Counted from the first letter of the stretch, positions 24,453 to 37,708 are shown. The stretch: DNA of 64,000 nucleotides from Psammoneis japonica (GCA_008632985.1 QPGO01000032.1:59330-123329); one strand, 5' to 3'. Program-made: numbers and translations. The notes: a model not told the origin generated them from the sequence alone.

Positions 24453-26540
24453 TCATCGTAGTCTAGTTGGAGGGCATGGAAATGTTGAGTCGGCTCGTGA
24501 TGATGATGAAGCTGTCGGCTTGGCGTTTGTTGATGGCTTGCAGGCGTGTGGCGATGGGGAGGATGTCAGGGGAAGAAGGGAAGGGCACTGCCGAAAGAGA
24601 AAGGCCGAGGACATGCATGATCGGAGGCGGTGAGTTGGGAGGGTTGACAACAGATGGAAGAGAGGTCCATGTCTCAGGCGTAGAAGTGGTGAGGAAGTGG
24701 ACGTCAGACTGAGGGGTCTTGGCGGTTTGGGCGGAGAAACTTGGGAAACGAGAGGGGCGGACGCCGACGTGATCGAGGAAGGTGCTGTGTTCAGAGAAGA
24801 GAGAAAGGGTGGGGTCTGAGGGGTTGGCAGGTGAGAGAGATTTGACGTGAGCGTGCAGTTGTTGGAGGAGAAATTCGCAGGTGCGTCGAGATTGACCGCA
24901 GGTTTTGGGGTTGATGCCGGCAAGAATGCCGCGGGCTTGTTCGGTGAAGGAGTTGCAAGCAGGGATGAGGAAGGCAGCGCAGCAAGTCCAGGGGTTGGGA
25001 GATGCGGGGGTGTCTTTGGCATCCGAAGGAAGGAAGTCGGGAGAGGCAGAGGAGGCGGAGTGGTGCTTGAATTGTGTGGGAACAAAGCAAAGGACTTGGT
25101 CACGGAAAGGGAGGAACTCAAAGGTGTCATGGGAGGGAATGGGAACAAAAGTGAGCTTGAAGCAGGAGGCCCATTGATTGTGATGGGGGCGGGAGCGGCG
25201 CTTGGTTTCGGAGAAGGCAATGTCAGCAATGTCGAAGAGAAGACTGGGTTCGCGTGTGGCGTGTGTTCGGAGGGTGGTTTGGACGATAGAGCGGATGCTG
25301 TCAACGTGATGGCGGGTTCGGGCTTGTCGGCAGGGTCGGATGGGTGTGGGAATTGGAGAAGGAGCTTGGTGGTGGTCGGGGGTGGTGTGGGATTGACGGG
25401 GTCAGTGGAGGCATCGGGTTGTGTGTTGGTGTCAGAAGGATCAGGAGGTGCAGCGGCGGGAGGGGGGGCAGCGGCAGTGGTGGAAATGGAAGAGGAGTCA
25501 AGGGACGGAGGATGGGAAGGGGAGGTTGCTGTGTGGACAGTTGGGGGTGGAGGCTGGGTTGGAGTTTTGGGCGGGGACGTGGGTGGAGGGTTGGGATCAC
25601 GTTGCGGGGAGGTGGGGGTCAGAAGCAAGGGTTGAGACATTTGGGAGGTTTGGGAGTCCTGGACACTTTCTTGGAGGGAGGGCCAGTTGGATTGGTCGTG
25701 GAGGGAGGACATGGCGGAACGTAGAAGGGAGCGAAAGGTGGAGTCGAAGTCGAAGGCGGGATCGGAGGTAGAGTCGGAGACTGGGGCGGGATTGGAGTCG
25801 GAGGCGTGGGCAGGAAGGTGCAGCGCAGGTTTGCCGTGGGGCGCAGGTGTGGCGTGTTCCAAGTCAAGAGTGGAGGCGGGGTTAGAGTCATCAGTGTGTT
25901 GCACAGATTTTCCGTGTGTCGCAGGAAAAGTGAGATGTTCAGGGTTGAAAATGGAGGCGGGAGCGGAGGTGGAGTCAGGGTCAGGGTCGTCGATGTTGAA
26001 GGCGAGAGTGGAAACAGAATCGTCAATGTGTTGCGTAGATTTCCCATGTGTCGCAGGAAAGTCGGGGTGTTTGAGGTTGAAGGCGAGAGCGGAAACGGGG
26101 CCAGAAGTGTCGGTGCATTGCGGAGATGTCTCGTGTGTCGCAGGAAAATCGGGGTGTTCAGGGTCGAAGGTGGAGGCGGCAGCAAGGTCAGAGGCAGAAG
26201 TGAGAAAAGGATGGAGGTTGTAGATGTAGCGCGCAGGCATTTTATGTGTCGAAAGGAAGTTGTTGTGTGTTGCAGGAGAGGAGAAGGGGTGAGCAGACGT
26301 GACGGGGAGGGCAGTTGGGGAGGACATGTGGTGTCGTGACTGAGGCGAAACTTGGTGATGGGGGGCCATTGAGGGTGTCAATGTGGAAGTTATGGGGGGC
26401 ACAAGGGAGGGCGGGAGAAGAGAGTGGGGAGACAAGGCAAGTGGTCGGAGCACGACTGATGGTGCGGGGGTGATCGGGAGGCTGTCAGGGGTGTCAGAAA
26501 GGGGTGATGGAATGTGATGGGGGGCCATTGAGGGTGTCAA
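24453..26540 (-). pseudogene. Pro/Ser/Thr-rich upstream ORF of the CRE element (probably frameshifted)
   Basis: 695-aa low-complexity ORF with three FPATH(G/E) repeats, same strand and upstream of the RT ORF. Confidence 0.5.
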
Positions 26541-26700
26541 AGATGGAAGTCATGGGGGGCATGAGGGAGGGCAGGAGAAGAGAGTGGGGAGACAAGGCAA
26601 GTGGTCGGAGCACGACTGATGGTGCGGGGGCAATCGGGAGGCTGTCAGGGGTGTCAGAAAGGGGTGATGGAATGGGGGTGTCAGAAAGGGGTGATGGAAT
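26355..26700. repeat. About 159-bp tandem duplication plus a short extra unit in the CRE 5' region
   Basis: Units start near 26355 and 26514 and are near-identical; differences include TA/CA, CA/TG, CG/CA and TG/CA. Confidence 0.9.
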
Positions 26701-27149
26701 GGGGCTGCAGTGCGATGGAGTGGGGCTGTGATGTTGCTTGTGGAGGGTCGGAAAGAGGAAGGATGGGAGGGAGGTGGTGGTGAAGGGGAGGGGAGGGGCA
26801 ACAGTGGGGAAGGGGATGTGGGAGCAGCGCACGGGTTGAGGACGATGAGGAAAATGGCGAAAACCGAAACGACGCGAGAGAGGCACCGCAGAGCGAAAGG
26901 CCCAAAGAGCGGTGGTGGGTCGGGAGGCCATTCCGGAAGGTGTAGCGAAGCGCTGCTTGACTGGGGAGTGAACCCCGTCGGCGTTGTCAACAAGGCTTTC
27001 ATGTCGACAGAATTTTTCGGCGACGTGCATGCATGCCGCAACGGTGGCGTTTCTAATGTCCAAAAAATTTGCGCGCGAAAATCTCCAACGGAAAACTCTG
27101 ACAAAAAAATCGCATGCATCTGCAACATTTTTTAGGCTATGCGTGTGCG

Positions 27150-27535
27150 CATGTTATGTATGAGCGCTTCATTTCTACGACTACATCCAGGCCCTGTAAT
27201 TTACCGACCGTCGATTATTTATGTACGGTATCTCGATTTCCTCCTGACATGCGTCAATAGACTATTTATTGATGAATACTACATACAACTTCCAATTTTA
27301 TCCTCCTACGTGCCCGTCGGTACACCTTTTCGTATGTAAGTGAGTACTACATTTCTACGATGAAAATCAATCACGAGTTCCTACTTCAACATGTGTCAAT
27401 CAACTATTCATTCATTATTATGTATCATTTTATCGTATCATAGCATTTCCAATATGGCATCAGTCTACTGCTCTAGTTGGTAGACTTTTGCGTATGTAAA
27501 AAATGAGACCTACATTTCTACGATGAAAAAATTCT
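27150..27535. repeat. Degenerate AT-rich tandem repeat, unit about 170 bp, TpA retained
   Basis: catttctacga anchors near 27170, 27350 and 27513; cgtatgtaa...tacatttctacgatgaaaa shared by the last two copies. Confidence 0.65.
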
Positions 27536-27648
27536 TTTTTTTCTGGATTGGCACAAGATTCTTCGCAGGTGGCAGAACAAGCAATAACAAGTCAACAAAA
27601 TCATTTCATAAAACGCTGTAGCTTCTCGCAGTTCACGTTCACCATACC

Positions 27649-29163
27649 ATGCGTATCACCTGTATCGCCCTGATCCTGTTATCCGGGGGCCTCGAGGTCT
27701 CCAATGCGTCCTGCGCCTCAAGTCCTCCTTCCAACGATGATGCGTGCAATGCCATTTCAATGACGTTAGGAGTCCCCGTGCCATTCAACAACACCTGCGC
27801 AACTAAACAAACGAACGAGATCTCTCCGGGAGCAGCAAACGTCGATAACCCCTTGCCTGTTTCCAATCCTATTGGTGGCAGCTGTGCCCAGCAGAATGGC
27901 TGGTGCTTCTTTGAAGCCGAAGTTCAGAATAGCGTGTGGTACACCTTTGAAGCTCCCGCCTCTGGTTGTGTTTCAATCGAGACGGATAATGTGGACACTA
28001 CGGACGACCTTCAGCTAGCTGTCTACGAAGTTGAAGATTGCAATGACTTTGTCACCTTCAAGAAAAGAGCTGCGAATGACGATAAAGCTGATAATAGAAT
28101 CGTTCTTTTGCCCAAGATTGATACGCTCGCGTGCTTGACACCCGGAACAACGTATTACGTTCAGCTCGACGGCTTTAATGGCGCTGGATTTTCTGCTAAC
28201 ATCATTACTACTGAATGTGGCTTGGATCCGCTCAGCATTGAGTTGGAAGGTGGTTGCCAGAATCGTCTCACTGAAACTGTGCTCGGTGTGGATCCGACCA
28301 CAAACTACCTCAAGGCCACGGTGACTGGAGGACTTGGTCTTCTTCAAGGATTTGCACCTATATGCACTTGGCGTGTGGAAAGTGGCGATTCAGGCTCAAT
28401 CGAATACACCGACGGATGTAACGCAGCAGTCGCGCCAAGCGTAACAACGACATACTGTGCCATGGCCACCGAATACACGGGCTGTTCCGTCGAAGAATGT
28501 ATCACGATCAATGCCCTTGACGCTGCTGCGATTGATTGTACTACAGGCAATGGTCAAACCAAGTACCTGGTCTGCCATGCACCTCCAGGAAATCCTACGA
28601 ACGTTCAAGAGATCTGCATTGGCGAACCGGCTGTCAATGACCACTTGACTAATCATCCTCAAGACAGCCTTGGTCCATGCACCTGTCGTGACACCAATCC
28701 CCCCTTTCCAGAGCCACCATCATGTGTGGATTTGAAGCTGACACTCATCATATGCGATCCTCAAAACCCTTTCGACTGCGACTTTGATATTATCGGATTG
28801 CATGGCTTTGAAGTTAGAGATTTGACCACAAACATCGTTCTTTTGTCAGAAACTCCAACTTCCAATTTCTGGAGCGATAACTCTCCGATTGGGCCTTGGG
28901 AGCAAACTTCCACCTGCGTGGACCCACGTAACTGCTACCGTTTTACCATTGACGATCAGCAGCAGCCTCCAAAAGGCATTGTGTCTGATACGGGTTATGT
29001 TGGTGGTTACTCTATTGAATTTGGTGGCACGACCACAACGAATACTTTCAACCCTCAGGTGTGGAGCACCCAGACCTTCTCAGTGGGTGGCTCGTGTTCC
29101 ACTCCTACCCGATCTCTTTTCAATCTGCGTGGAGAGGGCCAAGTCAATCACAACGACGAATAG
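27649..29163 (+). CDS. 504-aa secreted Cys-rich protein with bacterial-type extracellular modules
   Basis: Signal peptide MRITCIALILLSGG; PSNDDACNA, SVWYTFEAP, LAVY, AANDD, PGTTYYVQLDG module; KYLVCHAPPGNPTNVQEICIGEPAVNDHLTNHPQDSLGPC module. Intronless, normal Tyr content. Confidence 0.85.
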   Translation: MRITCIALILLSGGLEVSNASCASSPPSNDDACNAISMTLGVPVPFNNTCATKQTNEISPGAANVDNPLPVSNPIGGSCAQQNGWCFFEAEVQNSVWYTFEAPASGCVSIETDNVDTTDDLQLAVYEVEDCNDFVTFKKRAANDDKADNRIVLLPKIDTLACLTPGTTYYVQLDGFNGAGFSANIITTECGLDPLSIELEGGCQNRLTETVLGVDPTTNYLKATVTGGLGLLQGFAPICTWRVESGDSGSIEYTDGCNAAVAPSVTTTYCAMATEYTGCSVEECITINALDAAAIDCTTGNGQTKYLVCHAPPGNPTNVQEICIGEPAVNDHLTNHPQDSLGPCTCRDTNPPFPEPPSCVDLKLTLIICDPQNPFDCDFDIIGLHGFEVRDLTTNIVLLSETPTSNFWSDNSPIGPWEQTSTCVDPRNCYRFTIDDQQQPPKGIVSDTGYVGGYSIEFGGTTTTNTFNPQVWSTQTFSVGGSCSTPTRSLFNLRGEGQVNHNDE

Positions 29164-32100
29164 TTCTCGTCCGATCAAGTCAACATGCATTGTTGTTATC
29201 GAGTGTCTTCTATGTTTAAGATTTCACATCGCTTTCCCCTGTGAAAAACAGAAACATCAAGCGATGCCATTCACATCATTAGTTTCCAATTAAAAGCTTA
29301 AATTAAAAGCTTAAATCCCTGCTTTAGTCCAGAGGTTAGCTGTGCTTTTTCACGTTTTAACATTGCGGCATTACATAAAAATCAAAACGTTAAATTACTG
29401 CAAGTGATGGGTTCCACCAGCCAGCTAGGACAATGAGAGACCAACGCATACAATGTAGCTGCGCAGTCTCGTTTGATCATCGGGACAGCTGCACCTTTCA
29501 TCGAACCATCAAATCGTCCTGGTGGTCCCCGCACAAAAGACTGCACTGCATTTGGGCACAAGCAATGGGAGAGCCCATGGACATTTTGAATTGGCAAAGC
29601 CCAAACATGGGGCTGGTCTTGTTCATTTGATTTCTTGCTTTCTGATTTGTGAACAATGTCCATGAACGGTTGTGCCTGAGCCACCACTTGGACAGGGTGA
29701 CCCACAGCAATGATTCGGTTGAGTCCACAAAGCCCATTGGTTCTGAGAGTTCATGTGGCATCCAAACTGATGACAAGAAGAAGGAAGATGACAAGACAAG
29801 CTCCACAACTGCTGGGTTCCAGAAAAGAAAGTTTGACACACACATCATCATCACAAAGCACACACATGCTGTTTGAAAGCTGGTCATCCACTGCATCTTT
29901 TGTGAACATGGTTGCTCAAATGAGAGACTCATCAACCCCTTTTGAATGCAATGAAAAACTGAAAACATCTGCTCTCGACAGCTGTCAAGAACAAAGCAGT
30001 CACCAGTGTGCTCCATCAGCATTGTCTCACAAGTTGCACAAGTTAACAGCATTTTCTCATCATCATTTGCACTTTGCACCCACAGAGCTTGCCCAACCTC
30101 AAAGAATTCAAAGAGCTGGTGCATCTGGCACACAAAATCCATTTATGAGGGCACAACTTGCCACAGCACATTGTGGCTCTTGTTTTGCAGTGGCAGCAAC
30201 AAGGTGCTCCCAATGAACACCTCACAAGATTGTGTCGTTTTTCTGCTCTGCTTTTGCACAAAAAAATGTTGTGCTGACATGCTTGGCTCAATCTCTGAAA
30301 TGCTCTTCCCCAAAAACTCTCAACAAGGCTGGCCCCAGTGCTGCCCAGTTTCACATGGCCTTCATCTCTGCTGTCACTGCTGATGATTTTCATTGGCATT
30401 GTGGCATGCACCAATTGATGTCTTCAGCACTGTTGCACTTTAGAGCCCAAATCATGCTCAGCTCATTGACATGCTTGAGGTGTTTTTTGTTGCCATGCTC
30501 CACTTCATGCAGCTCCACCTTCATGATGCAAACTTGTGGTTGTCATGCTTGGATGCTGTGACACTTTCTCCATGACAGATTTGCTCAAGGCTCCTTTTGA
30601 GCTGAGACCTGCTCTCAAGTTGCGCTGCAATCCAGAGAGCAGTGGGCTTGCAAGTTGCATCTCCTTCCTCATTTTGTTGTAGAGCGGCAAACATGCAGGG
30701 GCTTGTCTTGTCTTGTCAAGGTGATCAATCAATCAACAAAGCCAAAAATTGCTGCTTTGACTCAAGTGTGATGTGCTGCATTGGATCCATTGAAACTGGG
30801 CAGACAACTCATGGATGAACTGTTGTGCATGTCAAGAGCAAAACCTTGGGGTCCAGGGACAATGTTTGAGCCCAACCTCTTGTGGCTGTTCTTGGGTGGT
30901 GCAAGATGTCCACACTTCTGCTGTCTCCAACAAGCCCAAAGATGAGCATTGTGGGTTTCCAGGACTGGCCTTCTTGAGGTCACATTGGAAGTGTTGTGGC
31001 AACGGAATGTGTGATTTGCAACACAATTCACAGACATTCCAACAATTGTCCCAAGTCAGTTGGCACCAATCACTCAGTTGTTTGGCTGTGTGTGCCATGT
31101 TTTTTGCATCCAAGCACTTGTCCAGGGGCCAAGCAATTTGTGTCCACCCACAATGTGCAAATGTGCATGAGCACCATCCAGTGCATTGCTGACAATGAGA
31201 CAACATCCATGGTGCGGACACTGCTCATCTCCCATTTCTTGTGCCAAGTGCCCCCGAACAGCCTGCCTCAAAACTTGAAAATTGGCACATTGTGTGTGGG
31301 AGTTTGTGGGTTGATGTCTTGACACTCATTTTCCTCACACACAACATTGGATGATCACTCACAACCATCTCAGGCAAAAAGCCAACTTCATCTCCACCAG
31401 CTGCAATGTTGCACATCGTTGGAGCATCATGCCGCCAGACCTGTCATCTGCATGACTTCATGCAAACCATTGCCAGTTGCCAGCACTGCTGTCACAGAAC
31501 CCATTCCAAGCATCTTCCATGTCTCAGAACTCCCAACTGGCAGAAAACCCATTTGTCTTGGCTGGTGAAAGGGGTCAGATCACAGCAATGGCAACACACA
31601 ATGGCTCAATTTCCAAAGTGCCGTTTTGACATCTTCATGAATTCCAGCCACTGGATCAGAAGAGGATGGAAACATTTGCCCATTTCAAAAAAATCCAACA
31701 AGAGACAATCACATTGTTTTGTTGAAAAAGTCTGACATGACTTGGCTTTCATTGAGCATGAGATGAGCTTCCCCAATCTGCTCCCCATTTCCCTGCTCTT
31801 CAAAATTGGGAGGTGGGAGAGTGGGAGAGTGCCCACATTGACAAAAGCTGGAAGCTTGGTGTTGCATGGCTCTTGTCTGCACTTTTGCTTGGGTCTCAAA
31901 TGAGAAGTGCCCAACCAAAGCACATGCCCTGCATCCACACAGTCAAGTGCACAAGGTGCAAGTTGGCCGCAGGGAATCCAAGTTTCTTGCCTCCTCAACT
32001 GTGTCCAGAATTGGCTGCTTCACAAAGAAAAAGAAGCATTTCCTTGAGCATTTGAGGAGGAGAGGTTCTTGTTCAGTGGCAGCAGCATCTGACAAGAGAA

Positions 32101-34558
32101 AAGAGGCAGCTCTTGAGCTGCATCATTGAACGCATGTTGTGGGTGACTCAACAACAAATGCTGAATGATGCTGATGCTGTTTGTTGCACAGGCCTGTCTC
32201 ACAAGAACTTGGAGCTGGGCATCAATTGACATGAGCATCAAATGGAAGTGTGCTGTCTTGGAATCTCAGTCCATTCAGTGGTCCACAGCTCACAAGATTG
32301 CCAGCAACACAGACATGACTGGTGGGTTGAAAAATTCAATTGCTGGTTGGTGCCAACAAACTTGGGCATTTCTGGTTCTGTTCATTGATGGTCACATGCA
32401 CACAATGGACACTGCCAGAAAAGAAATTTCAGGTGCACTGGTGATGCCAAACACTTGTTCCCTCCACTGGAAATCTCAACTGCTCTCCCCCCCAATGCCC
32501 CCAACAAATTGAGCAATGCCATGCTCATTCCCCCACCCACCCACCCACAACAATTGTGTGCAATGTCATGCTCATTTCTCCCCACAAGAAACAATTGTGG
32601 TGAACAATTTGCAAATTTGGAAGATGCAATCAAGCACCAGTGCGGCCTGCACTTCTTGGCAAAAACCTGGTGGACGATGATCCAAAACCAGCCATGTCTG
32701 CCCTCCCAATTAAATTTGCTGTGGACTGTCTGTGCCACATCACAATGGAATCAGCAAAGGAGCAGAGCTCCAAAGCACCAAGCACTCTCATGTGCTCCCA
32801 CATGATTGACTCACTGTGCTGCCACCCCAAATTAACCACAGCAGTCCACAAGGACATGATGTGCAAGGTGAAGAGTGCAGCAGCCAAGAGAAAGGCCAAA
32901 CTGCACAAGGACACCCCCTCAAATCTGTCCTCCTCAATCCACTGGATGTGCAAGCCACCCACGCAACCAAGTGCAGCACCAGAACTGGTGTCTGGTTGTC
33001 AGCATGCCCATTGGCATTGAACAGGGCTGAACTCTTGTGTCATGAGTTCTGACACACTCTCTTTTGCTGTGGCAAAGAGCCCCCAGACCTGCTCAAGGCT
33101 TGTGATGGATGCAGCTGTAAATTCTCTGTTCAGCGTGCCCTTCAGTGCAAGAAGAGTGGCATGGTCATTTCAAGTGTATGATCCCTTGGTCATTTCCAGA
33201 CATGACAAAACACTGGACACTGGATGAGCTCAGCTGTCTGTTGTCTCTCACTCTTGAGCCCTCTGCAGCATGCTGCAAACCCTCAGTCAATCCTGTTTGC
33301 ACCTCTGGCAGCGCAAGCACCAGCAGTCAATCTGTCAGCCCACAGTCACAACCACCAATGTCAACAAGTCAAAAGATGGTGACCAAGGAGACATTCCAGC
33401 CCAAGGATTCTACAAACAAATGACAGACAGCACTGTGATGGACATGAAGGTTTCCAGCACTGATGCAGCATCCTGTCTGTGCCCATTGTGGTTTCGTGTG
33501 ATGGCTCAGTGGGAAAGGAGGCTCAAGCTGTCCTTTGACTGATCACCTCCAAAATTTCTGACAAGTGGAAAAAGCCATGCTCAGAAGTTTGTGGAGGTTT
33601 GGCATTGCCATTGTGAGAGCAACTCACTGTTGCATCACATCCAACACACCACATCCACAAGGACAAGCCAAGCCCAACTGACATCATGTGCAAACATCAA
33701 CCAACCCACACCAAGCACTGGCAACATCCCAAACCTGCCATGATGCAAATGCCAAGCACAAAAATGACTCAAATTCCATGTGCAGCTGCTCTTTTCAAAT
33801 TTGCACATGCAAGCCCCAACTCTCTGTGTTCATCAGGGTTTTCAAATCACAGAATTTCATGTCACAATCAGCTCACAATGAAACATTTTATTGTGAAGAA
33901 AAAGTGAGCATGTTTCATAAAAAGAAGCAATTGCACTCATTCTGCAATCGCGCTGCAATCACATTGCAACAAGCCCCCCCGTGCTGGGGCACCCTCCATG
34001 CAGGAGCACCCTCTGCCCATGAGAAAGGCCCATGGCAGGTGAAGGAAAACAGAGCCCACTGCACAATCTGGGCAAATTTTTGGCATCAATTTGGACACTG
34101 GAAACATGCACAAAAAACTGGCAGTGTCTTCACTCATGCTGCAGCTCTTTCTTTGCCATCATCACCTCATCCCAAGATGCGGTTGTGGCAAGGAGAGGCA
34201 AAACAAGGTTGTGCAGCAATTGCTTCTTTCTGTCTCTCTTGTTTCTCTTTCCTTCCTTGAGAGATGCAATGTGGAAAAGAGGTGCAGGTGTGATGTGGTG
34301 TCCAAAACAGAGCTGCGGTGGTGCCCAAAAAAATTGCTGTGCGGTGCACATGGCACACATGGTGCAAGATTCCACACCCCAAATTCTTGCATTTGGCTCT
34401 CAAAAGAGTTCACAGGATGATTGCAAATGATTGCCATTGCATTTGCAACAATGGCACTTGTAATCAGATTGACCCAGCATGGCAAACGTCAACTGCAATC
34501 ATCATTTTTGAGATCTGGTGATCGGCAACCAATGTTGTGGTCATTCCACGCAGTTTAA

Positions 34559-35041
34559 CCCTTCAACCACCGGACTTGAGAGCAAATTTCCACAGGTGGA
34601 GATTTGCTTGCTCTTGTCACAAATGCATTAAATGAAACATTGCCAGACATGGGGCAATGAAGAATTCATGCCATTTTGTTTTGGAGCACACATTTGCAGC
34701 CGAAAACTCTTGTGGGCCATTGCTGCAATTTAGAAAGTTCAATGTCAACTTTTAACACCGGTTTTTTTTGCATGCCCCATGCATGGAACTAAATCTCAAT
34801 TTTTAACAATGACATTTATGATGGGTTGTTGTCACAACAATGGAGCACCAGATGCCACACCCTTCTTGAAGCAAATCTCCACCAATGGAGATTTGCTTGC
34901 AACAAGCAAATGCATGTGGCACATTTTATGCAGATTGCACATGATGCAACATTTTTGTGCCACGTCCATTGCATTGTTGTGCAAATGCATGACACATCAC
35001 AACTCAACAAGTGGAGCAATTGCTCCATGGTGGTTGAAGGA
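34559..35041. mobile_element. Non-autonomous piggyBac-like MITE (about 483 bp)
   Basis: TTAA (34555-34558) + CCCTTCAACCACC ... GGTGGTTGAAGGA + TTGA (35042-35045). The right TTAA duplication appears as TTGA. Confidence 0.75.
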
Positions 35042-35105
35042 TTGAGAGCACTGTTTTGGAGTGCACATTTGCCAAAAGCCATGCTGGGGACCATTCTTTG
35101 AAATT

Positions 35106-37708
35106 CGACCTGCTGGCATTGGTGCAGCCCTGCCCCACATCCTTGGGGCCCTTGTGATGTTCCTCCTTGCAGCTGCTTTTGCAGCCAACCTCCTTTCCTC
35201 TGGCCAATTTGGCGTTGGCATCAAAGGCGGTCTCAACTGCCTTGTTGACACCACATGTGCCAACATCAAGCAATTTTTCAACCCAGACACCACCCCCACC
35301 AAGGCTTTGGTCCTGCCAGACCTCACCAATTTCTTCAACAAATGCTCTCAAGATGCAGGACATCTTGGCTGCTGCCTCCAATGGCTGTTGACCAACTCTT
35401 CTCTTGTTTGACCTTCTTTCCCAACATCCCAACACATGCTGGTGTCATGACCACCACTTCCAATGGGCTTCTTTCCTTCAGCCCAATGGCTTTGCTCAAG
35501 GCTGCCCTTCAAGCCCTGCACTTTCCAGCCTTGTCTTGACCCGTGTGCTCCAACCCATCAATGATGGCCCATTCCACTGGCTCCCAGCCCACTCCAAAGC
35601 CGCCACCTCTTCCCACATCAATGGTGTGCATGTTTTCCTGCCTTGCCCTGAAATTCCCTGGTTCCTCCGCCGTCTCTCCATGCAAAAGCCCCCCCCCCCC
35701 TTTGCACAAAACCCAACCTTTCTAAAACTAAGATCTTCACATCCATCACTGGTGCCTCCCCAATTGACCACCTCTCCCCTGCAAATGCTGCAGCTCTTGC
35801 AGAAGTCCTTGCCTTCCTCAACCCAACCAACAACCCAAACGTCCAGCTCAAAATTGCTGCTGGTGTCTGTTTTTGGGCCAGCCCATTGGCTCTGCCACCT
35901 TTGCCCAGATTTCCTTGTCAACAGAGCTGCAACCTTTGCCACAAGCCTCTGCTGTTTCTCGCCAACCGCCTTGCTGACAAGCAGACACAAAGCACCGTCT
36001 TTCACAAGTGCTCCATCCCTTCTGTCACACATCTTTTAGCAGCCAATGCCTGCTGCAACCTTGTGCAACATGACACCCTCCTGGATCCCTTCCAATGGGC
36101 CTCTCACCCTTTGCCAATGCCATCATTGGTCACTCCCTGCACATCCTTGCTTGTCTCACCCAATGCACCACCCCACTCCCCCTTCTGCCTCCAAACTCAT
36201 TGCCAGCCTGCCCATTGCCCTTGGCAGCATTGGTTGCCAGGACATCTCTGATGCCACTGTCCCCACCCTCACAACTTCTCTTGCCCAACCCACATGCTGC
36301 ACCAAACATGGCATGCGCTCATTGGCAGCAACCTGTTCCACCTCTGACAGAGCCACTCTCCCACTCTGGGCTCCTGGTCCAGCCCATGATCCACCCTCTC
36401 CCTCTGCCATGTCTTCACCACTGCATGCCCACCCTCTTCCATTTTGACTCTCCTTCCTTCACATCACTCTGAGATGCAATCAAGCATCACAAACTGCATG
36501 GCCTTGTGCAATGCCTCTCTGCCACCACAGGAGCAGCACCCTTCCTCAGATCCTGGCCAACCCCTCCATCCAACCCACTCTCCCTTCCCTGCTTTCTCTG
36601 CTCACAAGTCCATGTCTTCACTCCCTCTCTCAAGCACATGCCTCAAACTGACTCCCATCCACCCTGTTCATGCTCCTCCTCCTTGACGAGTTGCGACTCC
36701 CTGCTGTCCCTTTGGACCTGCTCCAACACGACTGCTCATGTGACCACACCCGCCCAGATCCATGTGGAGACCATGCTTTTGCATGCCCCAAGATGCACAA
36801 AAGCCCACTGTCTGACCACATCTGCAACATGATTCACACTGTCATCTAAACTCTGGGCCCCCTCTGTAGCCTGTGCTGCTCTTGCCAGTGAGTCCACCTC
36901 GACCCTGCCAGCCTCCTTGCTGACCACCCCTTGAAAACCCTGCTGACATGGGCCCTCAACTCACTCCCAGCTCCACACCACCAAATGCCCCATCAACCCA
37001 TCAATTTGCAGCTGTTGATGTCACCACACTGCCAGCCCCCCCACCTCCTGCACCCAGTTTGCCTGCCCCAGAAAACCGCTCACCTCAGCAGTGTGCAAGA
37101 CAAGCTCCTTGGTCAAACTGTGCCATCTGCCTGCTGCTCTGATGTTGTTGATGCCATCAACCAAACTGGCCTCTTCCTCCTCCTTTTCACCTTTGATCAT
37201 CTTGGTGGCATTGGATGTCACTTCCATGGTTTTTTCTTTGGCACCTCCACCTCAACATCCTCCTCCATCCCACCTTTCCCTCCAAAACCACCCTGGACTG
37301 AGCCATCCTCCCTCTCCAATTCTGCAGCATCCTTCTTCACCTTCAAAACCTCCCTTCTTGCACCATCAAACCTCTTTGCTCACTCCAACACCACCGGGAA
37401 ACAAATTTCGCTGGACCGCTTTGGCACCTCCTGCCATGCTGCCACTCCCCATCTCTGGGCCTCCCAAATCCTCAGTCTCAACTGTGGCATGGCCCTCTCC
37501 TCCACCCACCTTTCTGCCTGTCAAACCCTTCTTCTCTGCCACCCAACCATCACCAACAACTCCCTTCACCAACCATCTGTCCTCACTTTGGACCCATCTT
37601 TCTTTTCTCCATTGCCAAGCGCACTTCATGCACCTGCTCCACCACCGGCTCTCCCCGACCACTCTCTTCTGATGCCACAGCACCCCAAATGCCCACAAAC
37701 AACACACC
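35106..37708 (+). mobile_element. 5'-truncated second copy of the CRE-family element, inserted in a second MITE copy
   Basis: Translates to SGQFGVGIKGGLNCLVDTTCANIKQFFNPDTTPTKAL, GFAQGCPSSPA, ASKLIASLPIALGSIGC and AHLSSVQDKLLG, colinear with the 19875-23885 protein; many frameshifts. Confidence 0.9.

Larger units (their letters stand above)
19975..26990 (-). mobile_element. CRE-clade non-LTR retrotransposon (zinc fingers, RT, restriction-like endonuclease), near full length; ends approximate
   Basis: See the RT ORF below. Sense strand is strongly C/T-rich throughout, with an upstream low-complexity ORF and 5' tandem repeats. Confidence 0.85.
6650..27130. mobile_element. Nested transposon cluster (about 20 kb), TpA-depleted
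   Basis: Contains a copia element, a CRE element, tandem repeats and unidentifiable degenerate sequence. TpA drops abruptly after about 6640 and returns after about 27130. Confidence 0.8.

Noticed and set aside
19980..26340. Long Gly/Glu/Val-rich plus-strand ORFs opposite the CRE element
   Set aside because: Antisense shadows of a C-rich, TpA-depleted coding strand.
29288..29316. 13-bp direct duplication aattaaaagctta as an excision footprint or element end
   Set aside because: No matching terminus found; may be simple slippage.
29470..34500. Dozens of short overlapping ORFs as genes (also 15100-19900 and 43800-46600)
   Set aside because: Explained by loss of TAA/TAG stops; Cys/His-rich, Tyr-poor and without recognisable domains.
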